Assembly: GCA_040285855.1 (NCBI GenBank)
Contig: JAUFOQ010000004.1
Coordinates: 1,488,001 to 1,552,000, forward strand
Length of the DNA: 64,000 bases
Reading direction: 5' to 3'
DNA from: Eukaryota sp. GEM-RC1
Lineage: Eukaryota
Part shown: piece after piece, positions 38,729-51,680 of the stretch
Numbering within the stretch: the stretch's first letter is position 1
Layout: each line of letters begins with the position of its first letter
Translations under genes and position numbers: made by a program
Notes under the pieces: model-generated
Told to the model about the DNA's origin: nothing
Seen by the model: the letters and a program-made list of their open reading frames with translations, nothing else
The model's database searches: none

Positions 38729-39500
38729 TTGGTTGAAGATTATCCCGATCATGGACGAGTGGTGGAGTCCCACACTAAGGATTTTGGGTTTTACGAAGAT
38801 GATAACTCAGAATTTCTTTTTGCATTTGTGAAAAACTCGCAAATGCACTTAATGTATCAAACAGGTGAAATTTATTCATCTCCGTTTCCAGTTGATGATC
38901 ACCAATCAAGTTTTGTGTCAGGAGATTACTTCATTTTGAACACGTCAATGTACTCTTTTGAACCAGCGAAAGATCCTTCTGTTACAAAGGTTCAAGAAGA
39001 TGTTGTATTCATTGATTCTTTCTATGTATCAAATGATGGCAAGCTACGTGTTTTTGTACCATTTGAAAATTATCAAAATTCTGAATTCAAATCTCTTGCT
39101 TTTATGTATTCTACACTGGAGAAAGGGTATTTGTTACAAATTCAAAAATTAAACCGAATCAGAAAATGTTCAGCGAACTACGTTTTGACATATGAAGGTT
39201 CAATCGTAAACATTCATGGTGTTCCTGTATTTCCAGACTTCAATTTTAAAATAGTCGATTTTTATTTTTGTGTGTCAGTCTTTGTTTTTTTTAACTGTCG
39301 ATGGACGTGTGTTTACCCATGGTTCCTCGGAACATGGATTATTAGGTCTGGGACAAATTTCTTCGACTGAATCTCCAACAAGAGTTCCTTTACCTTTTGT
39401 ACAAAAAAATTCATTGTGATGGATGGGTTGTCCTTGCCCTAGGAGACCACCGTCTCTTTGGATGGGGATTTAATGAGAACGGCTGGGTCTTGATCATCCT
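38729..39500 (+). pseudogene. RCC1/BLIP-II-like family member (frameshifted), paralog of 45103-46453
   Basis: DFGFYEDDNSEFLFAFVK vs DFALYEDLHEEFLFTFVK; THGSSEHGLLGLG and IHCDGW..LFGWG in alternative frames. Confidence 0.6.
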
Positions 39501-39543
39501 GCTAGTTTTGAACAGTCCAAGCCGACAAGAGATTTGTGTTGGA

Positions 39544-40800
39544 AATACCTCATTTGTACAACATTAAAAATGTTCGGCCAAATTCTTTCTCAACTATGAA
39601 GGATCAGTATTATTATCTTTATGAACGTAATGTCTTTTAAAATTGTTACAATTGTAGACTTTTATCATTTCGTTTCAGTATTCATTATCTTAACTGTCCA
39701 TGGGCAAGTTTTTACCCATGGTAGTTCTGACCATGGAATGTTAGGTCTTGGAGAAATGACATCCGCTGAGACTTAATCCCCTTCCTGGAGAAGAACCACT
39801 GTGATGGTTGGGCAGTGGTTGCCCTGGGGGATGATTGTTTATTTGGTTGGGGTTGGAATGACCAAATGGGTCTTACGCATAGTTGTGAACATAAGAAACC
39901 ATTCTTTGTATGTCTTATTCTCTCTCTCTAAGATGGATTGGTGCCGAATTACAAACACGAGGTAGATAGTCTACATTTGTACCCATTTTTAGTTGGGAAG
40001 GGGGCGTCCATCCTTAAGTTAAGTTATGGAACTTTTTTATGGTTATTAAAAGAAATCAAGGGTGACTCTGTTGTCTACTAGTAAGTTACAAGACCAGTGT
40101 TTCTTCAATTTATCAGGACCTATTATGACGTATTTATTTAACCTCTTCAAAATTCTTCAAATACCACTTTTATCTCAGCTATCAAAAATTGTGGAATCAT
40201 CAGTAACAATCTTTTCAACTGCAAGAAAAATTCGTTCTGTGTTCTCAACGATTCAGAATTGTCAATGAAATTTGATCGTTTCAACTCAGAAAGAAGTTTT
40301 ACAATTTCATTGGGTGGTAAACTTTTGTCTGAAATTGTGTTGCCTTGGATAATTGGTTTGAGTTGACATTAGGAAGCTCAGGAGAAACAAAACCATAGAC
40401 AAACCAAAAGAATATACTTCTTGTTACAAAATATGTCGTGCTTCTTGAATTTTATATTATCAATTAATTATGATCGAGGATTTATTCTGATATTATTTCC
40501 AAATGCAATGCGGAACTTGGTTGAATTTTCACTGATTCGTTCCAAAATATAACGACTTTCAGTTATTTTGGAGTCTGTTGTTTTGAGTAATCACTCAATG
40601 TTTGGATTTGTTCTAGAAAAACTGAATATCAGTTCAAAAATTATAACAAAATTTGAAATTGTTGTGTTTGGTGTTTAATTTCTTTTATCATTCCGTACTA
40701 CAGTTTGATCTTTTGTTTCTTTAAACCAAATTAAGTTTGAACTATTTCAATTGATCTGGTCCAAAATATTGATCTTTCTGAACCTATTTTGATTGAAACA
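39544..40800 (+). repeat. ~1.3-kb segmental duplication copy A (RCC1-like fragment plus noncoding tail)
   Basis: Collinear and highly similar to 43195-44500 (e.g. GAGGTAGATAGTCTACATTTGTACCCATTTTTAGTTGGGAAGGGGGCGTCC in both). Confidence 0.88.
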
Positions 40801-41474
40801 GGGTCATTTTCCTCAGTGTTTTCTACAAAAAGTCAAAATTTATCAGATTCCTGCTTTTCTATAGGGTATGGTTCACTAGAGAAATCAAAGGATATTTGGT
40901 CTACATTTTTGTTGTACATTCTAGATAGTGTATTTCTAGACGGTATATATTTAAATTCATAGAAATACTCTCATACAAGTTCAAAAAGTCACAGTCATGT
41001 GCTCGATCTGATTCGCTTTAATCTCTTTTTAATTAGTCAATTTCATCATTCGCTCAACTGGATTTTGTGATCACTGTTTTCATATTTTTCCAGAATCTAT
41101 AAGTCCCCAAAAACAATTTTTTTGGGCACTATTTAATCGTTTTGGTTATTTTGTGTTCAAACAATTGAATGGGCATAATCAATTCAATTTATTGTTAAGT
41201 CATCGATTTTAGTTCGTCATTTTATGTATCACGCTGATCCTTAAATGAAAATTCTCGAATGATTCTATTTACTTCAATTTACTTCAAGGTAATACTAAAG
41301 TAATAGAGTGGATGGTATTATGGATAATACTAGTTACAGCTTTAACGATGTAAAGCTCGATAGTGATTATGTGATTCAAATTTAAAATTTTACAATTCAT
41401 TCTTTCGGTTAGAAGTTCTTTTGGTATTTCTTAAGAAAAACTGATTGATAGCGAATAATTTAAGTTTATTTAAA

Positions 41475-42521
41475 CTAACAACTAATCGATTCTAAAAATT
41501 CAAAAAATAATAATCGTTCTGCATGAGACCAACCACGAATGTCATATTGAGTTCTTCTTCCTAAATAAAAGTTCCAAAATTCAACAAAGTTGATTTGGAC
41601 TTGATCCTCACCACTTCTACTCAAGTTGCGGTCTTCAATACACGCCACATGTATCAAGAGCTGTAGATATGGTGGATCTTGAGCGCTTGCAATTATGGAT
41701 ACTAATCGATCCTTGACCAACAGGTCTGGGTCATCACCTGTTATCCCCAACCCACTTCCAATTATTCCTGGCACGTTTGTAATAGCATCTATTACGAACT
41801 CCTCCACTACAGCCATCCGATGTCTGTCAATGGCGTCACAAAATTCTGCCAGTTTGGCTAGCGGACGACCAAAGTGCCTCAGCATACATCCGGAGGTAAT
41901 AGCAGTTTGTTCCAGTATGTCAATACTTCTCATTGACATATTTGTCATTTCAGTCGTAGCTCTCCATCGAACAGCAATGCGGTCATAGAAAGGTATGTTC
42001 TTCTGTTCTGCGACCACTCTTCTGATGAAGTATTCGACAAAACATTGGTTGAGCTGTGGGAAAGCTTTATATTGAAGTATAAATACAGAAGGAATTGCTT
42101 CTTCCTCTAGAATTGAGGTGGTATAATGTTTAGTCCCAATTTTCTCCAGCAGCTTCTTCATGCTTCTGCCTCTTAAGCCTGTTCGGCTGGTAAGTAGAAA
42201 CAAATACCTATCGCAGTCGGCTGATTGCATTTGAGTCCATTGCGAAGGAATGGATTCCGGCTCAGAAGAAGAAGCTGAAAGAGGAGAAGTAGATCGACCG
42301 TTACGCTCTGGAGATGGAGATGGAGTGTGAAAAGGGGATTCTGAAGATGAAGATAGTATGGGAGATGTAGACTGGTCCTTTCGCTTCAGAGGAGGCTCAC
42401 AGTCATTGTGACAAAGGCGTGGAGCTCCTGGATAAGTATCGCGATGAGTGGAGAAGAATCGTGAGGATGTCTGACCCATAAGAAAGTGGAAACTTATGAT
42501 ACTTGAAAGATATGAGACCAT
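41475..42521 (-). CDS. Hypothetical protein with Ser/Pro-rich N-terminus
   Basis: Uninterrupted 348-aa ORF with normal composition; probable start MGQTSSRF; no family recognised. Confidence 0.7.
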   Translation of the reverse strand: MVSYLSSIISFHFLMGQTSSRFFSTHRDTYPGAPRLCHNDCEPPLKRKDQSTSPILSSSSESPFHTPSPSPERNGRSTSPLSASSSEPESIPSQWTQMQSADCDRYLFLLTSRTGLRGRSMKKLLEKIGTKHYTTSILEEEAIPSVFILQYKAFPQLNQCFVEYFIRRVVAEQKNIPFYDRIAVRWRATTEMTNMSMRSIDILEQTAITSGCMLRHFGRPLAKLAEFCDAIDRHRMAVVEEFVIDAITNVPGIIGSGLGITGDDPDLLVKDRLVSIIASAQDPPYLQLLIHVACIEDRNLSRSGEDQVQINFVEFWNFYLGRRTQYDIRGWSHAERLLFFEFLESISC

Positions 42522-42620
42522 GTTTGTTCAATTTTTTTCAATTGTGATTTAATCAGGCTGATGATTTCTCTACTTTAGAGCATTGGCAAATTCTGTCATA
42601 TCGATCTCTTTAATTAGTAC

Positions 42621-42942
42621 ATAATGAAATGACTTCAAATTTCAATGAATTTGCAGTATTCCTTTTCATATACAGTACCTATTCATTTAACATTTCTACT
42701 TTATGTTTTACGTTAGGTGAAAGTGATTTGCACTGGACTTGGGAACATATTGGATTCAAAAATCAAATTATCGGCAATGTTAAAATATTCAATACTCAAT
42801 TTACAAGCTCAGATCACGTCCTTGTTTATGAACATCGTGACATTCATGCTGACTTCACTGGACTTCTTCATTCTCAATTTAAGTGTGTTGTAGGAGACAT
42901 ATGTTATTTAGCGCAACAGTTTCAAATTCTACTGTCATCTGT
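42621..42942 (+). repeat. Duplicated internal fragment of the giant surface-protein gene (copy of ~31885-32200)
   Basis: Near-identical DNA encoding FTLGESDL(Q/H)WTWEHIGFKNQIIGNVKIFNTQFTSSDHV. Confidence 0.9.
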
Positions 42943-43194
42943 CACAACGCTATTTCAGAACATGACTATTGAAGAAACTTGTGAATTTCTGATTATCATT
43001 ATTGCAGGTTCAATATCCGAAATTCTAGTGACTTTTCTAGAATCAAATCTCGTTTTCGTAGGAAAGGGTTTTCAATGTCAAAGTCAATATTATTAAATTT
43101 ATTGAAAATTTTCCATATCTGATGTAGATTTTGTTAGTCAATTGTTAATTACTGATTATGTAAAGACAGAAACAGATGAGGGATTTGTTTTGGC

Positions 43195-44500
43195 AATACC
43201 TCGTTTGTATAACATTAAAAAAATGTTCGGCCAAATTCTTTCTCAACTATGAATGATCAATTTATGATCTTTATGGACGTAGCGTTTTTTCAAATTTTGT
43301 ATTTGATTGTGGACTTTTATCATTTCGATTCAGTATTCATTATCTTAACTGTACATGGGCAAGTTTTGACCCATAGAAGTTCTGACCATGGAATGTTAGG
43401 TCTTGGAGAAATAACTTCCACTGAGACTCTAACAAGAGTTGACTTGCCCTTCGTAGAGAAGATCCACTGTGATGGTTGGGCAGTGGTTGCCCTGGGGGAT
43501 GACTCTTAATTAGGTTGGGGATGGAACGAGTGTGGTCAGCTGGGTATTGAGATTCGTGATGTTGATACTGAAGAAGGTCTTGATCTTCCTACCAGTTGTA
43601 AACGTAAGCAACAATCTTTTGAGTGTCTTATTCTATCTCTAAGATAGATTGACGCCGAATTAAAATCACGAGGTAGATAGTCTACATTTGTACCCATTTT
43701 TAGTTGGGAAGGGGGCGTCCATCCTTAAATTAAGTTATGGAACTTTTTTATGGTTATTAAAAGAAATCAAGGGTGACTCTGCTATCTAAGTTACAAGACT
43801 AGTGTTTCTTTAATTTATCAGGACCTATTATGACGTATTTATTTAACCTCTTTAAAATTCTTCAAATAACACTTTTATCTCAGCTATCAAAAATTGTGGA
43901 ATCATCAGTAACAAGCTTTTCAACTGCAAGAAAAATTCGCTCTGTGTTCTCAACGATTCAGAATTGTCAATGAAATTTGATTGTCAAAACTCAGAAAGTA
44001 GTTTTACAATTTCATTGGGTGGTATACTTTTGTCTGAAATTGTGTTGCCTTTGCTTTATTGGTTTGAGTTGACATTAGGAAGCTCAGGATAAACAAAACC
44101 ATAGACAAACCAAAAGAATATACTACTTGTTACAAATTATGTCAGGCTTATTGAATTTTGTATTATCAATCAATTATGATCCAGAATTTATTCTGATATT
44201 ATTGTCAAATGCAAGACGTGACTTGGTTGAATTTTCACTGATTCATTTCCAAAAATTGACTTTCAGTTAATGGATATTATTGTTTTGTTTAATCACTCAA
44301 TGTATGAATTTATTCTAGAAAACCTGAAAGTTTCAAAATTATGACATAATAGGAAATTGTATTGTTTGATGTTTGATTTCTTTATATCATTCCATATTAC
44401 AGTTCAATCTTTTACGAAATCAGTTTTTACTTTAAATCAAATTAAGTTTGAACTTTTTTAATTGATCTGGTCGTCTTTCGGAACCTTGTTTGATTGAAAC
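43195..44500 (+). repeat. ~1.3-kb segmental duplication copy B
   Basis: Collinear match to 39544-40800. Confidence 0.88.
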
Positions 44501-45102
44501 AACACCATCTTCACCCAAATTCTACTCATTGATATTTGTTCAGATCTTCTATTTTTCAAAGTGTATGATTCACCAGAAACATCAAGCATTTATGTATATG
44601 CGTAATAGATTCTCTGTTTCATTTAATTCTTTGAACTCAGTTTAGTTACTACAAAATTGGGGAATTTATCTATTTGATTTCAGCTTATGTTCAGTTGATT
44701 AATGATTAGATTAATGATTATGTGTATCTATGTTTTTTTACAATTTCAAAAAGTCAGTTGATCAATTTTTAACTGATGAGAACGTCTGAATTCATATGTT
44801 ATTCTTGGAAATTTGTACAAGTTATTGAGGAATAAGTATGGAACCTTGATTTTATCGGCGTGAGTTTTAATTGTAAGACAAGTTATTACGTCGATACGTT
44901 TATCGTTGGTGTTATCTAGAATTCGTGATATCTTTAATTTTTCAATAATTAACCGGAATGCAATGTATTCATTAGTATTGCATCTATTAACCATTACTAT
45001 TCACCATTTAAATAACTTAGCACAAACTCAAATTTCCGAAGTTAAACTTAAAACATGCAATTAAGTCTTTGGTAAAGATGAAGATCCATATTCTATCTTT
45101 CT

Positions 45103-46453
45103 TTGAGCTTTCTTTCTATGTATTTGCTTAAATCTTTGAAGCGACTTTTCCGTAGTCCTGGAACTTCTCCGATCAAGAAACGAAGAACTTCTGATGATGA
45201 TCTTTTGTCTATTCCTCTTCCGCTCCTTCCCGTTGACAAGGCTGTAGTTAGGGACTTTGCTCTCTACGAAGACCTTCATGAGGAGTTTCTGTTTACCTTT
45301 GTCAAGGACGGACATGTCCACCAGCTTTACCAAGATGTTCGAATCTATTCTTCGTCCCTCCCCCTCTCACTTGCTTCCCTATCATTCTTGTTGTTCAATT
45401 GCTGGGGATTATGTCCTCCTGAACTCGTCTCTTTACTCGTTTGTTCCAGGGAACGAAGTAAATCTCGTTTTTAAGGACGTATCATTTCTGGATTCCTTTC
45501 TGATTTCAGAAAGTGGAAGTGTCCGTGTTTATGTCTCATACGAAGATTACAAAATTGAACAACTAGAGGTTTTGATTTTGGTCTTCACAAATGGCCTTCT
45601 TTCTGAAGTCGACTTATTCGATTTAGTGGATAGTAATCAACTTGTAGATTTTTTAAATCTTATTGACGATGACCTCTCAGTAAAAATTCCTTTTCTGAAC
45701 TCTTTTCACGACATTTTGTCTGACGGATTTTCAATGTCCAAGGAAAAATTATGTAGTATTCTAAAGTTTTTACCTTCAATTGCTGAACAAGAGTCATTCA
45801 CTCGCTTGGAAACAGAGGATCTTGATGATGGTTTTCTTGTGAGTTTACACAGTCTTCATCATATTAAAAAGTGTTCTGGCTGTTATTTTTTGACAGTAGA
45901 TGGAACCATAGTGGATGTACATGGTTCGGATTATTTTCCCAATTTTGATTTGAAAATTCAGGATTTTTACCTTTCCGAATCTGTTTTCATCCTTTTGACG
46001 GTGAGTGGTGTCGTATACACTCATGGCATTTCCCATCATGGAATGTTAGGCCTCGGGTCATGTACAAAGTCTTTGGCTCCAACTGCTGTTGACTTGCCCA
46101 TTACAGTGGAGAAAATCCACTGTGATGGATGGGCAGTACTGGCCCTAGGACAAGGTAGGTTATTTGGTTGGGGCTGGAACGCCTACGGCCAACTGGGGAT
46201 CGGTCATTATGATGAAATTGAGAATGTATCTTTATTGTGTTCCATTCGAACACCAAGAGAAGTCTTGGTTGAGATAACGAAACGAGGAAGAAAACCCTCA
46301 GTTGTTGATATTTTTTGTGGCAAGGAGGCCTCTGTCATCAAATTGAGTGATGGAAGTTTCCTTACCTCAGGAAACTTCACCAATAAGAAATCAAGAGTGT
46401 TTACTACCCTCATTATTAAAAGAACTGAAGAATTTATTAAGTTGTTCGAATAG
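45103..46453 (+). CDS. RCC1/BLIP-II-like repeat protein (one frameshift near 45340)
   Basis: VYTHGISHHGMLGLG..PTAVDLP..IHCDGWAVLAL..LFGWGWNAYGQLGIG..IFCGKEASVI; N-terminus from ORF 45103. Confidence 0.72.
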
Positions 46454-47919
46454 TGTTACTTTGTTTTGTTTATAATTTTCTTATAAAGTATATTAAAAAT
46501 GTCCATCAAGGAAAAGGACAAAAATGAATATAGAAATAGAAAATTGCTTCTTTGTCATTAGGAAATTCCTGATCAACACCAACAGGATCACAGTTCTTAT
46601 ACAATCAATTGGTGATCTACTTAATAAATTTGGACATGGAAACAAACAAAAACAAAGGGTTTTGCCAAATTTGTAAGCTGAATTTCTTGTTTTGAAACCT
46701 GCATTGAAGTGTTAATGGTTTAATTGTAACATTAATTCTGTTTCTTCCAAAGAATATGTGCAAATGAGTTGCAGGTTTGTTCTCATGTCATTTAGTGTCC
46801 AGACAGCCTTGTTTAAAAAAGAGTAGAGCTCCTTCTACAATGAACACTACCAAGGCAGATCAATTCTGGAGTCAGTGCTATTTATCTTATTTTCTTTCAA
46901 CATTCAATCTTCAAGGCCAGGAAATTCTTTTAAATGATTTCTCTTACATTTATAGCCGGTCAAATCCTACATGAGTAACACACTGTACTGTTGGTGATTC
47001 TGATTTGATCAATTTATTTACTATTGTCTTTGTAGACAATTTGCTTCCTACAAATGAAATACAAAAATACAATAAATTCATCTTTGTAACGAAGTGTATA
47101 GCATATTTGCAGAAACGTTATTAGAGATTAATAGCTCAAGACCGTTTATGTGTCCAGAAATTTTCAAATTTATACTTTTGTGTTAAACTAATCACACTCT
47201 TTACAAAGGATCGGTATATTCATATACTATAAATGTTCCGTTTAGGTTTTGTGATTATGAACAGAATGTTTTATACCTTCCAGATAATCACACAAAATAC
47301 TATTACTCATGTATGTGACATTTTCAATGTTGATATCATTGGGAATCAAACCAGTAATGTGTTGACACTTCGTTTTGCAGCTCCAAGACATGATTCATTT
47401 CCGCCCGAAATGAACGACTGCTCAGTCGTCAACAGATGTTCCTCTAGAATTGCTCAGAAGATTTGCTATCACTTGGCCAAGCTCGTCGAACCTTTTCTCA
47501 TCATGAACGTGGAATGAAAGTAACTCAGTTTGTTGCTATCAAAATCGATCAAGCACACAGACAAACAGTTCAGAAACTCGAGAAAAAGGATACTCCAAGA
47601 TGTGTATACTTATGTCTGCTACCTTGGCTCAAGAACATCTAGTGAGGCAGGACTTCCTGATATTTCTGACTATTTGCTTAACACTACTGATGATGCTTTC
47701 GACACTTCTCGTGGTGGCTTCCCACAGCAAAGAATTCAGTGTCAAATTGACTTGTCGTCAGATGATGAACCCAACGACGAAGCAAATGGTGAAGCCTGAG
47801 GGTTTCTGATTTTCAGTCTGTTATTAGTTTGAACATAAAACATTATCATTTGTATTATCCAAATAAGTTCTTTGAACAGAGCATTTTTGCTATCGTCCAA
47901 ATAGGGAGACTGGTAAGGC

Positions 47920-48247
47920 TCTAAACATTGTCATCCAGCATGGCCAAGAAATCCTTTGTAGTCCATCTTCATACTGGAAGAAAGAATACAATTAATAATT
48001 TTCACAAAATCACCATAAGAACCACAATGATGAGTGTAAAAGTCTCTCACTTGCTTTTTGAAATAACCAAAGAATTCTCTCTTCGTCTCTGGGCAATAAG
48101 TGCCCAGAGACGAACCTTAGTATCTTCTGACGCATGTCGCTTTAGAGACTTGAGTTGGGAGTCATGATCTGAACCAAGATCATTGAAATTATCTTTCAAA
48201 TAACGCACATCATCGAGTTCCATCAAAAAATCATAGTTGTGGGGCAA
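47920..48247 (-). mobile_element. Internally deleted IS630/Tc1-mariner-like transposase relic
   Basis: N-terminal HASEDTKVR joined, across a 14-bp perfect hairpin (48082-48114), to GYFKKQVRDFY..IINCIL..YKGFLGHAG, which resembles the IS630 DDE C-terminus. Confidence 0.5.
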
Positions 48248-48362
48248 AAGAATGGGAAGAGGTGAAAAAGTTCGTGGTGATAGGAAAGATGGTGGGGTTA
48301 GTTCAGAAAAAATTTAAGTATTCCAAACGAAATCCCCAGACTCTAACAACTGAGTCCCACCT

Positions 48363-48872
48363 ATGAAAACAACTCGCACCATGAAAAGTCGCTCTCGTGT
48401 ATGGGATTAGTTCGAAAGTGATAAAGAACGAAATGTTGTAGTTTGTACTTTATTCAATAATTGTGAATATTAATATTCAATTGTTCAATCACCACCATCA
48501 ACTGGGAACATGAGCAGACATCTCAGTAATAAGCATGGTTATTTTTGCAAATTGGAAATCACAACAATCAACTGACAATCGACTCGTTTCTGGCAATCGC
48601 ACCTAGTGTTCAAACACAAGAAGATCTTGAAGAGAGCTTATTGAAACTTGTTATCAAACGTCCCGTTTCAGATTCTTGAATCTACATGTACTCATTTGGA
48701 ACATTGTGTGCAGATAAGTCTTTCAATGAAGGAAAGACCTACTATTCCTTCAAGAAGATCATTTGGCCGATTCCTCAAAGCTAAATATTATGTAGAACGA
48801 GATTCAACTGCCACCAAAATGCAAAAATGCGATTCTCCTAACTACAGGAACACGGTTAAAAGAGGCACCTAG
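48363..48872 (+). mobile_element. hAT-like transposase 5' relic (BED zinc finger)
   Basis: SRVWD*F..VVCTL..C..STGNMSRHLSNKHG, followed by NVPFQILES..TIPSRRS, with stops. Confidence 0.7.
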
Positions 48873-50519
48873 TCATTTCCATTTCTACAAAAACCAAGTC
48901 AAAGTTATGATAGTTAAATGCTCAAATGAGCAGTGATGCCCAGAAAATGTTTTTGTCGATGACATGAGCATCCGCCGACCCAAACCAGATGGAATTGTTC
49001 CACATTCTAAAAATTTTGTTCCAACATCATTGCTCATCGCAGTACTATTATTGACAGTCCTTTATCAAGCTGATATCCGTCATGAATTACCAGTCTCCAT
49101 ACGTACATCGCACTATCTGTACTACATTGTTGCCGTCTTTTTGAAGGATAAATTTTGAATTTTGATTATTTTCTTTAGCAAAGATTTTGTCTTTCTCAAT
49201 TCATTGTCTAGCCTCCTCGCAATGAAACTGATCGTCATGTTGTTAGAGAATTTGTCTTTTACACTGATGTCATTCTATTAGAAATCGCCTCTATTCTGTT
49301 GCCTTATCTATTGCCATATTACATTGCTTTTTATCTGGATTATATGTTTCTGCCAAGGTTCGTATGTATATTGGATTGATTTTATTCTTAGAAGTAACAG
49401 CTACTAGTTTGCTTGGTTTGAACTACTTGAACAAACATCATTTTTGGTTTTGTTAATGATCCGTACTAAAAGTAGTACTGAAATCGACATTGACAACTAA
49501 CATTCACCACAAGTTGAGTGTAATGATCTTGGTACTAGATCTGTCATTCTTATGATTTTAAGTCTTGTTTCCCAGAGTATAGAACTCAAGGCTTACACTG
49601 AGAAGACGAGAACACATGTCAAAAGTTTCATAATATTCCCTTTAGATCTTTACATTACACTTGTCACAGGTGAATTCAGAAATTCTAAGTGGTTGAAATT
49701 ACTTCAGTCACCAATTGAAACTACTGAAAGAGTAAGAATCAAAGAACATGTGGAGTGCACGCAGTCGTTGTCATGTGAAACAATCAAACTTTTAAAAATG
49801 AAGTCTGCGCGCCAACTGATGATGATTATACCATATTTGTGAGTTCCTTCATTACTATTACACACGCATTGTTATTAAGTGTGTTCGTGTTTGTGTTGAA
49901 AAAGGAGAATAACAAACAAAGAGAAGTACTAGAGTTATAAGGATGTGGATTTCTTTGAGGAGAATGAGGAGTTGACACTTGTTCTGTTTATCTGTTCTCG
50001 AAGGGAGTAGAATTTAAAGAGGGAGATGACTTGGCGAGTAAGATCGATGATCTCTTTAAGGATGGAAAATCTGTTGTTTGTTGGTAGTAGCAAAGACTGT
50101 CGCATTGTCTCTCGTAAAGGGAATAACCTGACTTGAGAGAGATGTTCATTGAAGAAAGATTAGATAGGCTTATAGATTAAGAGTGAGTCTAGATTATTTC
50201 ATCTCTGACCCATTGCTTCTATGTAAACTTGGTTACACTGCCTGCTCTCACTGCACTTCTTCCTTAAATAACAACATTATCTGCTCAATAAATGTTCCTC
50301 GGAGAAGCATACACGCTCTGCTCTCAAAGATCATGTTGAAACTGCTCTTAAGGGGATTCTTTCTCCGGAATAAACGATCCCACCACGTCAAGTTGAACTC
50401 CCTGATGAGATCAGTTGAACGGGGTTGTGCAGTCGTTTATACTGTGAAGTGTTACACGCTTCCATTTGCTTTCAAATGGTCTCTCTTACTCACAAAGGAA
50501 CAAACTTAGGAAGGACACG

Positions 50520-51460
50520 AATCTTGTTTACCTTGTCATCATTTAGCTGAATGTGGATATGGAAATTTGACTGGAATTGAACCTGGTTTTAGATTAAATA
50601 CTGATACTTGGGAACTAGATGTGTGTCTATTTTTGTTCAATTGTCATGAGAATTCTTGCAGATCACGTCATGCTTATGGAGATTTGTGTCAATATTGTAC
50701 TGAAGAAGCTTTATCCAAAAGGCTTTTCTGTTTAGGTCAAGAATTTCTGTTTGTTAAACTGTTATTGTTAATTGTATTAATGTGTGGTATATACTTTACT
50801 GACTTATCGATGTCAAAATTTCTGGATTTTACACAGAAAAACCACAAAATTCTCCATGTTTCCGCTTCAAAAAAAATTAAGAGCTAAAATACTGAAATCA
50901 ATATCCAGATTTTCCAACGTGTTATTCATAACATTAATCTCTATTCCTATAATTTTGTCCAAATCGGCAAGTTCTGTACTAGTATTCTTTGAATTTATTC
51001 TATCAGCATTTGAATTTGACATTGATACTTACTTTTTGTCGCGTCATCTTTTGTATTATTCTCCTTTATTTCCGCTGGAATGTTATTTAAAAAATTTAAT
51101 CTAGTTAAATTTTACCACAGTGCATTCTTGACAACTTCTGCTCTAGTTTCAATTAATTTCATCTTTGGAACTCTTCTCCAACACTTTCTCGTTTCACCTC
51201 AATCGTTAATCAACTTTATTTTGTTATTCATTCATTGTATATCAGTTGTTTCTGTTTTATATCTTCATCGAAAGACTTATCATTTTGTTCCATTAATTGT
51301 TTATGATTTAATGATATCGTCGTCATTTTTAACCTGAACATCACATTTGATACTTCAATCAATTTTAGTGTTGTTCTTGGCTACCAATTCTGTTTATATT
51401 GATCGTTTTATTTTTGCATTTTTAGCTTTGCTTAGTTTGTTTAATCTTTTCAAGTTGTTC
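50520..51460 (+). pseudogene. Paralogous 3' fragment (Cys-rich + TM region) of the giant surface-protein gene
   Basis: TGIEPGFRLNTDTWELD..NCHENSCRSRHAYGDLCQYCTE and FYHSAFLTTSALVSINFIFGTL are shared with 33770-34450. Confidence 0.88.
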
Positions 51461-51680
51461 TGTTTTCATAGAGATAATCACTGATGTTGTCACTTTCCTT
51501 GGAGTTTAGTTTCATTTACACAGTTCATCATTACTCATGTACATTATTGTATTCTCAAAACAATTCAGAATCAAAAATATTAATTCGATAATGATCCAAC
51601 AGGTCTGACATCTTGTGGTAATTTTATAGTGTACACTTCTTCTAAGTACCAATGCGATTCAATTCAGACAGTATACGTTG

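Noticed and set aside
46540..46970. BED-finger/hAT remnant
   Set aside because: Only a CQIC-like snippet; too degraded to support.
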